A DNA stretch of 24,375 nt from a virus (taxonomy: Duplodnaviria; Caudoviricetes), in IMG/VR virus record IMGVR_UViG_3300025889_000915, positions 1 to 24,375 of that record. One strand, 5' to 3'. How positions within the stretch are numbered: position 1 is the stretch's first letter; the number at the start of each line of letters is the position of its first letter. This document shows positions 1 through 8,425 of the stretch, one piece after another. Both the position numbers and the translations under genes were made by a program. The notes below the pieces were generated by a model. The model was not told where the DNA came from. It saw only the letters and a program-made list of their open reading frames with translations, and did not search any database.

Positions 1-712
1 TCACATTAAAAACCGAACTGCCAGCACCGTTTGCTACTGCTGTGCCATTAAGACTAAACAAGGCGTTATTAACCTGTATAGAACTTGATCCATCGTCAGC
101 ACTGATACTATCCAGCGCAATGTTTCCAACATTCGTGATGTTGCCATCAGACACGCTCAGACTCGTAAGCGTTCCAGCACCAGCACCGAACGTTCCAGTG
201 GTGGTGAGGTTCTCGTTGCCAAAACTAATCGCGCCACTTGCTGATAAGATGCTTCCACTCGTAATCGTTATATCTGATGCCGCCACTACGCTCGTTGTTC
301 CTGCAAGAGTCGTGAATGTGCCAGCGGCAGGTGTTGTGCCACCAATTACGGCATCTACTGTTCCTGCGTTAATATCTGCTGTCGTAGCAACCAAACTGCC
401 AATAGTGCCAAGTCCAGTGATGTTCGGCTGAGATGCTGTTGCCAATGTGCCTGTGATAGAGGTATTGGCAACCAGCGTCGTGAATGTTCCAGCACCTGCA
501 CTTGCACCACCAATCGTAGCACCATCTATCGTGCCACCGTTGATGTCTATGGCAGTGAATGGCACACCTGCAACAGTTCCAAGTGCGATTACGGTTGTAC
601 CGTCTAAGATGTCTGCAATGGTTTGTGGGTTTGCATCAACCTCTGAGCCATTGATAGCATCCCCGGTATTGTCTTTTGCGGAGTTGTCAACAAGTTGTGC
701 AGATACGGACAT
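1..712 (-). CDS. Tail fibre / receptor-binding protein, N-terminal part (runs off the left edge of the window)
   Basis: Not in the ORF track. Manual translation from ATG at 712 (RBS-like AAGAGG) is open to the window edge: MSVSAQLVDNSAKDNTGDAINGSEVDAN...; G/T/A/S-rich with repeated DINGGTIDGATIGG..AGTFTT / DINAGTVDAVIGG..AGTFTT fibre-type repeats; directly follows the nozzle gene. Confidence 0.8.
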   Translation of the reverse strand, partial: MSVSAQLVDNSAKDNTGDAINGSEVDANPQTIADILDGTTVIALGTVAGVPFTAIDINGGTIDGATIGGASAGAGTFTTLVANTSITGTLATASQPNITGLGTIGSLVATTADINAGTVDAVIGGTTPAAGTFTTLAGTTSVVAASDITITSGSILSASGAISFGNENLTTTGTFGAGAGTLTSLSVSDGNITNVGNIALDSISADDGSSSIQVNNALFSLNGTAVANGAGSSVFNV

Positions 713-723
713 AGGAAACCTCT

Positions 724-2283
724 TTAGTAAGTCTTGTTAGTAAGCACCTTAGATGCTATGGTGATACCGCGCAAAGTATATGTGTTGTATGATTCAATAA
801 GGTGTGCCATACCCAAAGCACGTTGAACAGTTTTTGGTCTTATGCGCTCACCCGAATACCCTGAACCACCCCACAGTGCAACACCCCACTGCCCGACACC
901 CCACCCATCTGCGTCACCGACCCTTGCAAGGTTTTGTGTGTTAGAACTTTCTGGTGATGGCATAGAAGGTCTGAGCATGATCTGTCGTGATGTTACTGTG
1001 CTACTTGCAGGGGTTTCGACAGATACGTGGGAATGACCATACCGCTTCATACGGTTGGGCGCGTTGTTGACATCGTAGGCAGTTTGTGTGCGCCGTAAGA
1101 ACTTGGAGCCATCCCAATTATCTGTCGATGTATCGAACATCTTATACACCTTGCCTGATGAGTCTCCGACGTATTGGTCGTATCCTGTATTTGATGTGTT
1201 GAACACCATACCTGCGGTCATGTTTTGTCTGTCTGAGCGTGTCCACCTTGCTCGCTGTCGAGATCGTGAGAAGTTGCCGATAAGCCACCGTGACGGTATC
1301 GTCCGTGACCCTGTGGGGTAGGCAGACCAATACTCCATACGGTTGATATTAAACAGCGACCATGCCGTAGACATGGCATCTATGTTTCTGAAAGATGCCA
1401 GTGGTTGCACCCAACGTGCCGTGTTGCGCGTTTCAAATCCTGCAGAGGCAGTAGATGGTGAGATGGCCTCTATGCCGTGTTCACTCCACCATACCAACAA
1501 GTTGACATCTGAACCCGTTACCTCAGCAATGGTTTGGTGCGACACACACCCCACGCTTGAGTTGACGTTGCGAACATTCACCTCTGTAAATGTTGATGTC
1601 GGTGCTATGCGATATACGCTTGAACGCTTAAAAACAAACAGGTTATTGGCAAATATTGCCGCACCTGTAATGTCTCCATCGTGACCCCTGTAAACTGTCA
1701 CGCTTCCACCACCACCACCCGTTGTCCAATCTTCACAGTCGTTAGGGGCAGAATAGTATGCCGTAGACCCTGCGAACAACCACAGGCGACCTTGCCATGC
1801 TATGGGGAAATTACCCGTAGATGGTGGCGAACCACCCAACGACACAGCACCATTGGAGGTATCATATCGGATGGGCGCGTCAACACCATTTGCTAATACC
1901 AAAAGGTTTGCCGTTGTGGTAGCACCATAGAACATCTCTCCTGACCACCTAACACCTGCAGTGGTAGAATTGCCCGTTGCCCTTGCCCCTGATGAGACAG
2001 TCCAATCAGACCCGTAGTGCCATATCTTGCCATCTTCCGATGTGGCAACAGCCTTGTCGCCATTGTTGTAATCAAACAGACCTGAAACAGCACCACCCAT
2101 TGCAGTGCTACCAAGGCGTGTTGCGCCAGGCATACCTGATGGGTTATTTGAGTCACCCTCATAGACGACGTTTAAAGCGTCATATAAGGCATTTTTGGGG
2201 AACTTTGGGTCTGTGGATGCGGTAACGCGATAGATGCCCTCACCGTAGTCGTAGTTGGCAATCTCGCGCCATTGAGTAGGCAT
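724..2283 (-). CDS. Tail nozzle / head-closure protein (P22 gp10 / T7 gp12 tail tubular B-like)
   Basis: 519 aa, beta-propeller-like W/G/S-rich sequence (GRLWL, YYS..N..EDW, LFVFKRSSVY, VGCVSHQTI), WGVGQWGVALWGG near the C-terminus; lies after the adaptor and before the fibre. Confidence 0.7.
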   Translation of the reverse strand: MPTQWREIANYDYGEGIYRVTASTDPKFPKNALYDALNVVYEGDSNNPSGMPGATRLGSTAMGGAVSGLFDYNNGDKAVATSEDGKIWHYGSDWTVSSGARATGNSTTAGVRWSGEMFYGATTTANLLVLANGVDAPIRYDTSNGAVSLGGSPPSTGNFPIAWQGRLWLFAGSTAYYSAPNDCEDWTTGGGGGSVTVYRGHDGDITGAAIFANNLFVFKRSSVYRIAPTSTFTEVNVRNVNSSVGCVSHQTIAEVTGSDVNLLVWWSEHGIEAISPSTASAGFETRNTARWVQPLASFRNIDAMSTAWSLFNINRMEYWSAYPTGSRTIPSRWLIGNFSRSRQRARWTRSDRQNMTAGMVFNTSNTGYDQYVGDSSGKVYKMFDTSTDNWDGSKFLRRTQTAYDVNNAPNRMKRYGHSHVSVETPASSTVTSRQIMLRPSMPSPESSNTQNLARVGDADGWGVGQWGVALWGGSGYSGERIRPKTVQRALGMAHLIESYNTYTLRGITIASKVLTNKTY

Positions 2284-2286
2284 GTG

Positions 2287-3270
2287 CTATCTCCGTGCAG
2301 ATTTGGTATCGAAACCTATCTGCGAGCGTACTTCTGTGCCTCTAAAAAAACGTCTGCCAGTGTATACGCGCATGGCATTACCTGAACGATTCGTCCTATT
2401 CTCTCGCGCTTTTACCTTGTTGATATTTTCACGCTTCTTAGCCTCCCAATACATCGCCTTTTGCGAGTCGTCATCCCACATACATGCAGATGCTCTTGCG
2501 GCGGCATCAAGGGCTACATAGGCAATGTCTGGTGCATCGTTGCCAAACAGTGTGGTATCAAAAGCACTGGCATCTGTGAAGTTTTGTCGGTAAAGCACTT
2601 CCATCACATAGACAGCATCGGGATAAGGCCATAGGATGATCTGGTCATTATCTGATGAGTCGGGAGAGAATCTTGCAAAAGCTGTTGGCTTGCCCCCTGC
2701 GTTTCTGTGCCTGTCGCCACCTGAAAGCATGAGTAACTCGCCCAGGTTGTCATATTGCTCTAATGTCTTGCCCTCTCCGTATGAGATATATTTGATCTCG
2801 TCGAAGTTTGCTGTTGTGATGGCATAGGTGTCTTGAAAAATAGTATAGCCACCTGCCGTAGTAGTCGTACCTGCGTAGGCAGTCTCTATGGTGATGGTGT
2901 TGGGGTCAGATACCGAATCAACTGCAGTGATAAGGTATGAGGTGTTATCATTCGTCAGGCGTATGTACATACCTGCTGTGACAGAGCCGAAGTTTTGAGC
3001 ATTAGCCCCTGCGGATGTCACACTCGTTATGGTGTCAGCACCGTTTGTTACTGCCACACTGCCAGTGGTAATTTTCGCAACAGTGGGCAAGACGGTGCGC
3101 TTGAGTGTCCACGCATACTCATCTTCTTCGTTGATCTCTACAATCGTGTTGTTTATTGTCTCTATCAGGTTTTGCTGTAAGAGGTTCGTAGAGGTGAACG
3201 CTGTAATCTTCGCCTCACCGATCTCTTTGAGTCCTGCGTTGACAATACTGCCGAGCGTCTTATTGGGCAT
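2287..3270 (-). CDS. Head-tail adaptor (T7 gp11 / P22 gp4-like tail tubular A) with an internal beta-domain insertion
   Basis: 327 aa; N-terminal 'IVNAGLKEIGE' helix, 'YAW', 'G.P..F...I.LWPYPD..Y...V.Y' pattern typical of podovirus adaptors; synteny capsid-adaptor-nozzle-fibre. Confidence 0.7.
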   Translation of the reverse strand: MPNKTLGSIVNAGLKEIGEAKITAFTSTNLLQQNLIETINNTIVEINEEDEYAWTLKRTVLPTVAKITTGSVAVTNGADTITSVTSAGANAQNFGSVTAGMYIRLTNDNTSYLITAVDSVSDPNTITIETAYAGTTTTAGGYTIFQDTYAITTANFDEIKYISYGEGKTLEQYDNLGELLMLSGGDRHRNAGGKPTAFARFSPDSSDNDQIILWPYPDAVYVMEVLYRQNFTDASAFDTTLFGNDAPDIAYVALDAAARASACMWDDDSQKAMYWEAKKRENINKVKARENRTNRSGNAMRVYTGRRFFRGTEVRSQIGFDTKSARR

Positions 3271-3279
3271 CTTCTATCC

Positions 3280-3681
3280 TTAGTTTGCCATCCACTCAAC
3301 AAAGATGAATACCTCATCGGCGGCGGCGGCAGACAGTGTCGTGACAACAAGGTCGCCAGTGCCACCACTACCAGAGCGTGTCAACCCACCGTCGGTAAGG
3401 TTTGTGAAGTCGAGAACAAGTGGCGATGTTACACCCAGAGGATAATAGGCCACCAGTTCATCGGCAGAGTCGTCGTCAAATTCAAGTCTTACCGATATAC
3501 CAGCAGAGCCATATACGGTAAGTTTCTTGATCTTCAGTGATGTATTGTAAGTGGCAAGCGCAGAGACATCTACGACAACGCTGTCAGTGATATTTGTCGT
3601 GTCTGTCCACACGGCACTCCACGCAGTCCATCCATGCTTACCGCTTTGTTTTGTATTTGTGACAGGTGTAGGGGCCGCCAT
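3280..3681 (-). CDS. Putative virion structural protein (beta-rich)
   Basis: 133 aa, GGAG RBS, beta-sandwich-like composition, located between the major capsid and adaptor genes. Confidence 0.65.
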   Translation of the reverse strand: MAAPTPVTNTKQSGKHGWTAWSAVWTDTTNITDSVVVDVSALATYNTSLKIKKLTVYGSAGISVRLEFDDDSADELVAYYPLGVTSPLVLDFTNLTDGGLTRSGSGGTGDLVVTTLSAAAADEVFIFVEWMAN

Positions 3682-3700
3682 TTTTGCTCCAACGATGAAG

Positions 3701-3758
3701 GGTAGGGGCTATATGCCCCTACCTTGTGTAATACGGGGTGGGTCTATGCCCACCCCGT
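3701..3758 (-). other. Two tandem GC-rich hairpins downstream of the major capsid gene
   Basis: GGTAGGGGC-TATAT-GCCCCTACC (3701-3723) and ACGGGGTGGG-TCTATG-CCCACCCCGT (3733-3758); no U-tract follows on the minus strand. Confidence 0.75.
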
Positions 3759-3764
3759 TAATGA

Positions 3765-4715
3765 TTAATCCGCACCCGGAGAGCCAAAGAATCCACGAGG
3801 GTCTGTCCACCCTGACGACTGTGCGAACATACCAGAGATTTTGTAATCTTTGGTGTCGAAGTCGTAGATATCTTCTGTCCAGAAATCTTCACGGACAAAC
3901 TTGGTAAGACCATGGTCTGCCTTGTCTGCCGCCAAGAACCAAGCATCTGTATCTGTCAAATAATCCCACACGATGACTTTCAAGCCGAGATCGTGGATGG
4001 GGTTGACAGCTTGGTCGCCAAACTGCGTAGAGGTAGCACCATACCCACCTGTGATTTGGGGGTTATTGGTAGAGCCGACCAACTTCAAAGCCGTGTACAT
4101 CAAGTCCGTGGGGACGATGAGATACTTGGGACGGATAGTGATGCGCTTGCCACCACCATCGCGGAAGTTGCGGAAATCCAATGTGGCCTGTTCGAGACTC
4201 GACAAGGAGAGATCGGAGGCTGTTGACAACTCGTTGGCATACGTGGAACCATCTTCACGTATGTGTGCGGTAGAACACAACTCAACACCATCGGGACCAG
4301 TATAGCTGGAATCAAAGGCGTTGTTTAAGTGGTCTGCCAAGATGGTTTCATCTGTGGCATGAGCACTGTTAGCCAACTCGACACCGAGGTCGTCCATGAC
4401 ACCGTATAACTCGTCACGCAACATCTCACGGGTCACTCGGAAGCCGAGGCCGTAGTCAACGTGCGTGAAGGTGTTGGAAAAGCCTTCGTTGAGCGAGGTG
4501 TAGTTGATGGATTGTCCTTCCAACTTGGTGTCCATCAAGCCCACGCCACCCACTGTTTGTGAGTGTTCGCGGAATTGGTTGGAGTCTTTCAAGTTGAAGA
4601 TGGAGTCACCAACGCTTTCGCGGTTGTCCCACTTATTAAAAATTACTTCCTGAATACCTCTCAACGTCACCAGATTGGTGTAGTTAGAGGTGAAACCTAC
4701 TGCTCCTGCGGGCAT
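3765..4715 (-). CDS. Major capsid protein (HK97 fold, Mu gpT-like family)
   Basis: 316 aa with motifs EG..I.Y, YGLGF.VTREM.RDELYG, GPDGVELCSTAH, PKYLIVP, YLTDTDAWFL, GW.DPRG.FGSPGA; strong GGAGG RBS. Confidence 0.9.
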   Translation of the reverse strand: MPAGAVGFTSNYTNLVTLRGIQEVIFNKWDNRESVGDSIFNLKDSNQFREHSQTVGGVGLMDTKLEGQSINYTSLNEGFSNTFTHVDYGLGFRVTREMLRDELYGVMDDLGVELANSAHATDETILADHLNNAFDSSYTGPDGVELCSTAHIREDGSTYANELSTASDLSLSSLEQATLDFRNFRDGGGKRITIRPKYLIVPTDLMYTALKLVGSTNNPQITGGYGATSTQFGDQAVNPIHDLGLKVIVWDYLTDTDAWFLAADKADHGLTKFVREDFWTEDIYDFDTKDYKISGMFAQSSGWTDPRGFFGSPGAD

Positions 4716-4731
4716 AGTATAACCCTCCTAA

Positions 4732-5226
4732 TTACACACCACCAGCGACGGCGGAAAGGTGGAGATTGGCGCGGCAAATCCACTCGGCATTTGCGGCAAC
4801 GGTATTGTCTTGACGGTTGACGACATCCATAAGCTGGAAGCCACCACCCGTAGTGTTGAGGTCTGAACTGTCAAGTTCGTGACCTGACAACTTGGTGACG
4901 GAAGAACCAGCACCTGCGATGTGGTCGATAACAGCGTGAATACCTGCCACGTCACCAGTGACTGTTCCATCTTCTTGCGCCTGATACAACTGGTCGGGGT
5001 CATTGGCGATCATGACAGTGGCGGCGGTAGAACCTGCCGAATATGTCAAGTTTGCCCCGATAACATTTACAGACCCTGCCGTAGCAGGTGCGACACCACC
5101 GTCTGCTTCACCCATCATAACATCATTGATGAACGACTCAGCCGCCGAAGCATCTTTGGTGAATGGGAAAGCGGAAAGCAATGGTCCCCAAGGCTTGAAG
5201 CCATAGGGGGAATCAGCATTAGCCAT
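4732..5226 (-). CDS. Capsid decoration / cement protein
   Basis: 164 aa starting MANADSPYGFKP, with 'DPDQLY..Q.DG' and 'G...T.LSG.EL' motifs typical of the gene immediately upstream of this MCP type. Confidence 0.7.
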   Translation of the reverse strand: MANADSPYGFKPWGPLLSAFPFTKDASAAESFINDVMMGEADGGVAPATAGSVNVIGANLTYSAGSTAATVMIANDPDQLYQAQEDGTVTGDVAGIHAVIDHIAGAGSSVTKLSGHELDSSDLNTTGGGFQLMDVVNRQDNTVAANAEWICRANLHLSAVAGGV

Positions 5227-5239
5227 CTCGTGTTACTCC

Positions 5240-5935
5240 TTATCCTCTACGGACGTTTAACACTCCCGTAGCAAGACCCCTCTCGGCGGCATGAGCGAGA
5301 GACTTCGCAACATCACGGCCTAAGCCTTTTTTGACTGCGGCATCATACATATTACGAGCATGACCCTCAATCTTGCGCTCCAAGTCCTCCTTGCGCGCGG
5401 CAGGTGCAGAATTGTTCATGCGAGCACGTTGTTCTGCGTACCTGTTTCTTAGGCGGTTGGGAATACGGTAAAGCATCAAGTCACCCGATTTTACGGGGTT
5501 GCCCTGATCGTCTTTAACGGCTTCCATACCGTGATGTTTGAACCTTTCCATATTGTTACCCGACACCCACCGAACACTGGCCCCATCGCGTGTGGCCTGT
5601 TTCTTGATGTCGTCGGGAATGGCAAGCGCGTCATAGCGTCCTAATGTTTCGACAATCTCCAAGCCTGCGGCATCTAAAGGCGTTTCTGCCTCGTCCTCTA
5701 CGGCTGAAATTGCGTCGATATTTCGGGTCGGATATCCGATGGATATACGCGCCATGTGCTTTGCTTTGCCATGCTGTATAAGGTTGCGACGTTTCTCTGC
5801 TTCTGTGCCATCGAAGAACTCAGCGTTGCAGACAGGGCAGGTCTGCCCATCCATAGAGAGGTCTACAAACCAGTCTAACGCCTTTTTTGTATAGGCATCT
5901 TCAGAGGCATCAATCTCTGCTACTTGTTTAGCCAT
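5240..5935 (-). CDS. Head-module protein with N-terminal C2H2-like zinc finger
   Basis: 231 aa; CPVC...H....H; C-terminal 'G...RWV....G.E.V...GDLML.RIP' pattern; between scaffold and decoration genes. Confidence 0.6.
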   Translation of the reverse strand: MAKQVAEIDASEDAYTKKALDWFVDLSMDGQTCPVCNAEFFDGTEAEKRRNLIQHGKAKHMARISIGYPTRNIDAISAVEDEAETPLDAAGLEIVETLGRYDALAIPDDIKKQATRDGASVRWVSGNNMERFKHHGMEAVKDDQGNPVKSGDLMLYRIPNRLRNRYAEQRARMNNSAPAARKEDLERKIEGHARNMYDAAVKKGLGRDVAKSLAHAAERGLATGVLNVRRG

Positions 5936-6767
5936 TTACTGCCTCCTGTCGTTTGCGGACATCTTCTACTACTGCACGTAAGTCTTTGTCGGGCTTGTTA
6001 CGCAGTGAAGGAAACCTTTTAAGAATTTCAGCATCCCGTTGCAGTGCTGATGAGCCAGTGTCACCTGAAAACCCACCACCGGGTTGTAACGGTGTGCCAT
6101 TCATGTTTTGTCTTTGTGTGGGCGATTGTAGCGTCCCATTTGCATACATATTTCCTAACAGCGTGTTTACCAAAATGGGTTGTTGATTTTCCCACTGAGG
6201 GTATTGCTGTATCGCCTGAGCGACTTGCTGTTGCAATGCTTGGCCTTGCTCGGCATTAAGTCGTCCCTGTGCAACCATGTTGTCGATTTGTTGCTTGGTT
6301 TGGAGGGAAGCCGTAACACCACCGACTCGCTGTTGAACAGTGTTGTTTACCTCGTTCAATAACTCGTCGCGCATACCCATTGCAATCTGTCGCGCCTTTG
6401 TCTCTGTGAGCATTTCCATAGCTTCAAAGGCTTTTTTGCCCAACTCGTCACGACCAAGAATGTCTTTGACACGCTCAATGTTTGGGTCGGGCTTTGCTTC
6501 AGGCTTTGGCACTTGCTGTTGCTGTTGTTGCTGGAAAAACTGTTGTTGCTGTTGCAATATCTGTTGGTTCTGTGCTTCCAACTGCAAGACCCGTTGTTGA
6601 TATTGCTTCTTCTCGTCGTTTACTTCTTTGAACCGGTCATAAGGTATCGACCTGCTCTTGTCTCCCCCGTCTGCTGTCTGGTCTGACGCGCCAGAAGCGG
6701 TGTCAGCGTTTGGTTGAGTGTTGTCAGATGGTGAGCCTGACCGTTCATCACCGCGTTGTCTGTTCAT
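5928..6767 (-). CDS. Capsid scaffolding protein
   Basis: Likely start ATG 6767; disordered N-terminus, 'IPYDRFKEVN.EK' motif, Q-rich coiled coil, 'PLQPGGG' near the C-terminus; between portal and MCP. Confidence 0.75.
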   Translation of the reverse strand: MNRQRGDERSGSPSDNTQPNADTASGASDQTADGGDKSRSIPYDRFKEVNDEKKQYQQRVLQLEAQNQQILQQQQQFFQQQQQQQVPKPEAKPDPNIERVKDILGRDELGKKAFEAMEMLTETKARQIAMGMRDELLNEVNNTVQQRVGGVTASLQTKQQIDNMVAQGRLNAEQGQALQQQVAQAIQQYPQWENQQPILVNTLLGNMYANGTLQSPTQRQNMNGTPLQPGGGFSGDTGSSALQRDAEILKRFPSLRNKPDKDLRAVVEDVRKRQEAVNG

Positions 6768-6778
6768 ACTGTTCTCAC

Positions 6779-6848
6779 AAAAAAATGCCGTTAGGAGAAT
6801 GTTCACAGGATGGGGTAGCATCCCATAAACCGTTCTACCCAACGGCAT
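6779..6848 (-). terminator. Long imperfect hairpin plus U7 just upstream of the scaffold gene (terminator/attenuator or processing stem)
   Basis: Minus strand AUGCCGUUGGGUAGAA...UUCUCCUAACGGCAU then a U-run; inner stem UUAUGGGAUG/CAUCCUGUGA with G-U pairs. Confidence 0.6.
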
Positions 6849-6881
6849 ATATGGTTGACTGTTTAACGCCTGTCGCAAAGG

Positions 6882-7130
6882 CTATTTAGATTTCTTGCCC
6901 CGTTTTACGGGTGTCGTTACTTCTTGCGCTTTTTCGGCATTGACCTTTTGAATCTCTGCCTTGCGCTTTACTTCTTCGAGTTCACGCTGTATCTGTATCT
7001 CGAGCCATGCGTTTACCAATGGCATCTTCTCTGCGGCGAATCGCCCCTCTCTCACATACCTCTCCACCCCACCGGGTCCGAGTTTGTCGCAGAGAAGAAA
7101 CAGTTTACGTGCTCGTCTATCGGTAACCAT
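6882..7130 (-). CDS. Hypothetical protein
   Basis: About 82 aa, basic C-terminus, tightly packed in the operon; start could also be TTG 7142. Confidence 0.6.
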   Translation of the reverse strand: MVTDRRARKLFLLCDKLGPGGVERYVREGRFAAEKMPLVNAWLEIQIQRELEEVKRKAEIQKVNAEKAQEVTTPVKRGKKSK

Positions 7131-7138
7131 AAAAGTTC

Positions 7139-7273
7139 TCAATACATTTTAGTGCCTCGTGAACCTGTCTTGGGACTTGCTTTGGTCTTAGCCAACGTCA
7201 AGCCCCCCTTGTTGACATCCGATGCCTTTGTGGGCTTGCACTCCCCACATTTCTTTACTGAAGGTTTCTTCAT
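7139..7273 (-). CDS. Small basic hypothetical protein (44 aa)
   Basis: Manual translation MKKPSVKKCGECKPTKASDVNKGGLTLAKTKASPKTGSRGTKMY*, GAGGGGG RBS, fills the gap between neighbouring genes. Confidence 0.6.
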   Translation of the reverse strand: MKKPSVKKCGECKPTKASDVNKGGLTLAKTKASPKTGSRGTKMY

Positions 7274-7277
7274 GGTG

Positions 7278-7484
7278 TCACCCCCTCTCTGCGTCAAATT
7301 TTATCTTATTGGTTAATTTGGCAATGTCCTGTGTGGCGTTCTCTGCCATAGCAGTAGTGACCGCATCAGAGCATATAATGGTTGGTATCTTGTTTTCGTC
7401 GAACATGATGAAGATGTATGGTCTGCCCAAGTTCTGTGTCACGATGACCTGCTTACGCTGTGCGTCGCCTACTTTCATCAACAT
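7278..7484 (-). CDS. Hypothetical protein
   Basis: 68 aa, AGGA RBS, operon packing. Confidence 0.6.
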   Translation of the reverse strand: MLMKVGDAQRKQVIVTQNLGRPYIFIMFDENKIPTIICSDAVTTAMAENATQDIAKLTNKIKFDAERG

Positions 7485-7493
7485 GACAATATC

Positions 7494-8120
7494 CTATATT
7501 GCTATGGAAAGTTGTGGTCGCCCTATGTTGCCTGTGACATATTCAATGAACTTATAAAACCGATCTGCCTCAAATACGGGAGTTGCACTGTCTATGCTGT
7601 CTGCGCCAATACGTCGGGCGTGATCAATTTTATCAAAAGTTCCACACCTGCCGTAATGAAACTTCATTCCAACGCTATGGGCGTATTTGCACCATAACTC
7701 TGCCGATTTCTTAAAGTCGTTTGTTCCACCTAAAAACAAACCTTTAAAGTATTTGCAGTAAGGTTTCACCATGTCTAAACTCATTCCGTCCTGTATTACT
7801 AAATACCAAGGCCACGCTTTTGGAAGTCGGTCTATCCACCACATGCTATATTCTAAAGACTGTTCACCCTCTGCTGGCAGATCGGGACAGGCGGCAAGGT
7901 AAGGAACGCCTACTGTATAATCTCTCCACAACCTTTTCCAAAATTCTACGTCGTGGAATTGCTTATCATTCTTCCAACAGTGATATGCCCCATTATCCCA
8001 TGCCCACGGTTCCCCATCGTAAATATTTGGCCTGTCTCTGCTCCACATTCTCCCGAAGGAGTGCTTTTCAAGCACCTTTACAAAGTCCTTCTTCTGTGTC
8101 TGTCCGAGAATTATCTTCAT
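7494..8120 (-). CDS. TGT-fold transglycosylase, DpdA-like (7-deazaguanine insertion) family
   Basis: 208 aa with ordered motifs WAWDNGAY (cf. TGT DSGGF), PD, VIQDG, LFLGGT..FK, HYGRCGT, GADSIDS (cf. catalytic Asp region). Confidence 0.7.
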   Translation of the reverse strand: MKIILGQTQKKDFVKVLEKHSFGRMWSRDRPNIYDGEPWAWDNGAYHCWKNDKQFHDVEFWKRLWRDYTVGVPYLAACPDLPAEGEQSLEYSMWWIDRLPKAWPWYLVIQDGMSLDMVKPYCKYFKGLFLGGTNDFKKSAELWCKYAHSVGMKFHYGRCGTFDKIDHARRIGADSIDSATPVFEADRFYKFIEYVTGNIGRPQLSIAI

Positions 8121-8157
8121 CGTATATCCATAGTGAAGGATTGGATTCTTCCCACTC

Positions 8158-8220
8158 CTGTGCCTCTACTGGGGCAGTGGTAGTTCAGAACATAATATTG
8201 GTGGAGTAGTAGAGGCACAG
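8158..8220. repeat. Perfect 13-bp inverted repeat enclosing 37 bp
   Basis: CTGTGCCTCTACT (8158-8170) / AGTAGAGGCACAG (8208-8220). Confidence 0.85.
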
Positions 8221-8236
8221 TTTTACCTCCATGTCG

Positions 8237-8425
8237 TCAGGATATGCGCTTAACAGTTTTTGCAAAGTTTTCAGTGTCATACTCGTAGCCTAATGTGCCA
8301 CTTAAGCCAAAGTGGAAAGCATTTAACTGTTCCTGTAAATCACCAAGGGCAGTAAGTATTTGGCGTTTAGTGGGCGAGTCAGGGTAAGCCTTCAGTAGAT
8401 TTTGAATGTATTTAAACTTGCTCAT
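8237..8425 (-). CDS. Hypothetical protein
   Basis: 62 aa; ATGA overlap with the upstream gene. Confidence 0.6.
   Translation of the reverse strand: MSKFKYIQNLLKAYPDSPTKRQILTALGDLQEQLNAFHFGLSGTLGYEYDTENFAKTVKRIS

Noticed and set aside
42-740. Plus-strand ORFs 42-431 and 447-740, and the many other plus-strand ORFs in the track
   Set aside because: Antisense shadows of well-supported minus-strand genes (here the tail fibre); no RBS or family motifs.
6768-6878. Extended TTG start for the scaffold (ORF track 6878)
   Set aside because: The extension runs through a structured hairpin and U-tract region; ATG 6767 is more plausible.
8121-8236. preQ1 riboswitch upstream of the DpdA-like gene
   Set aside because: No recognisable preQ1-I loop or A-rich 3' tail by eye; only the inverted repeat is supported. 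An Infernal search would settle it.
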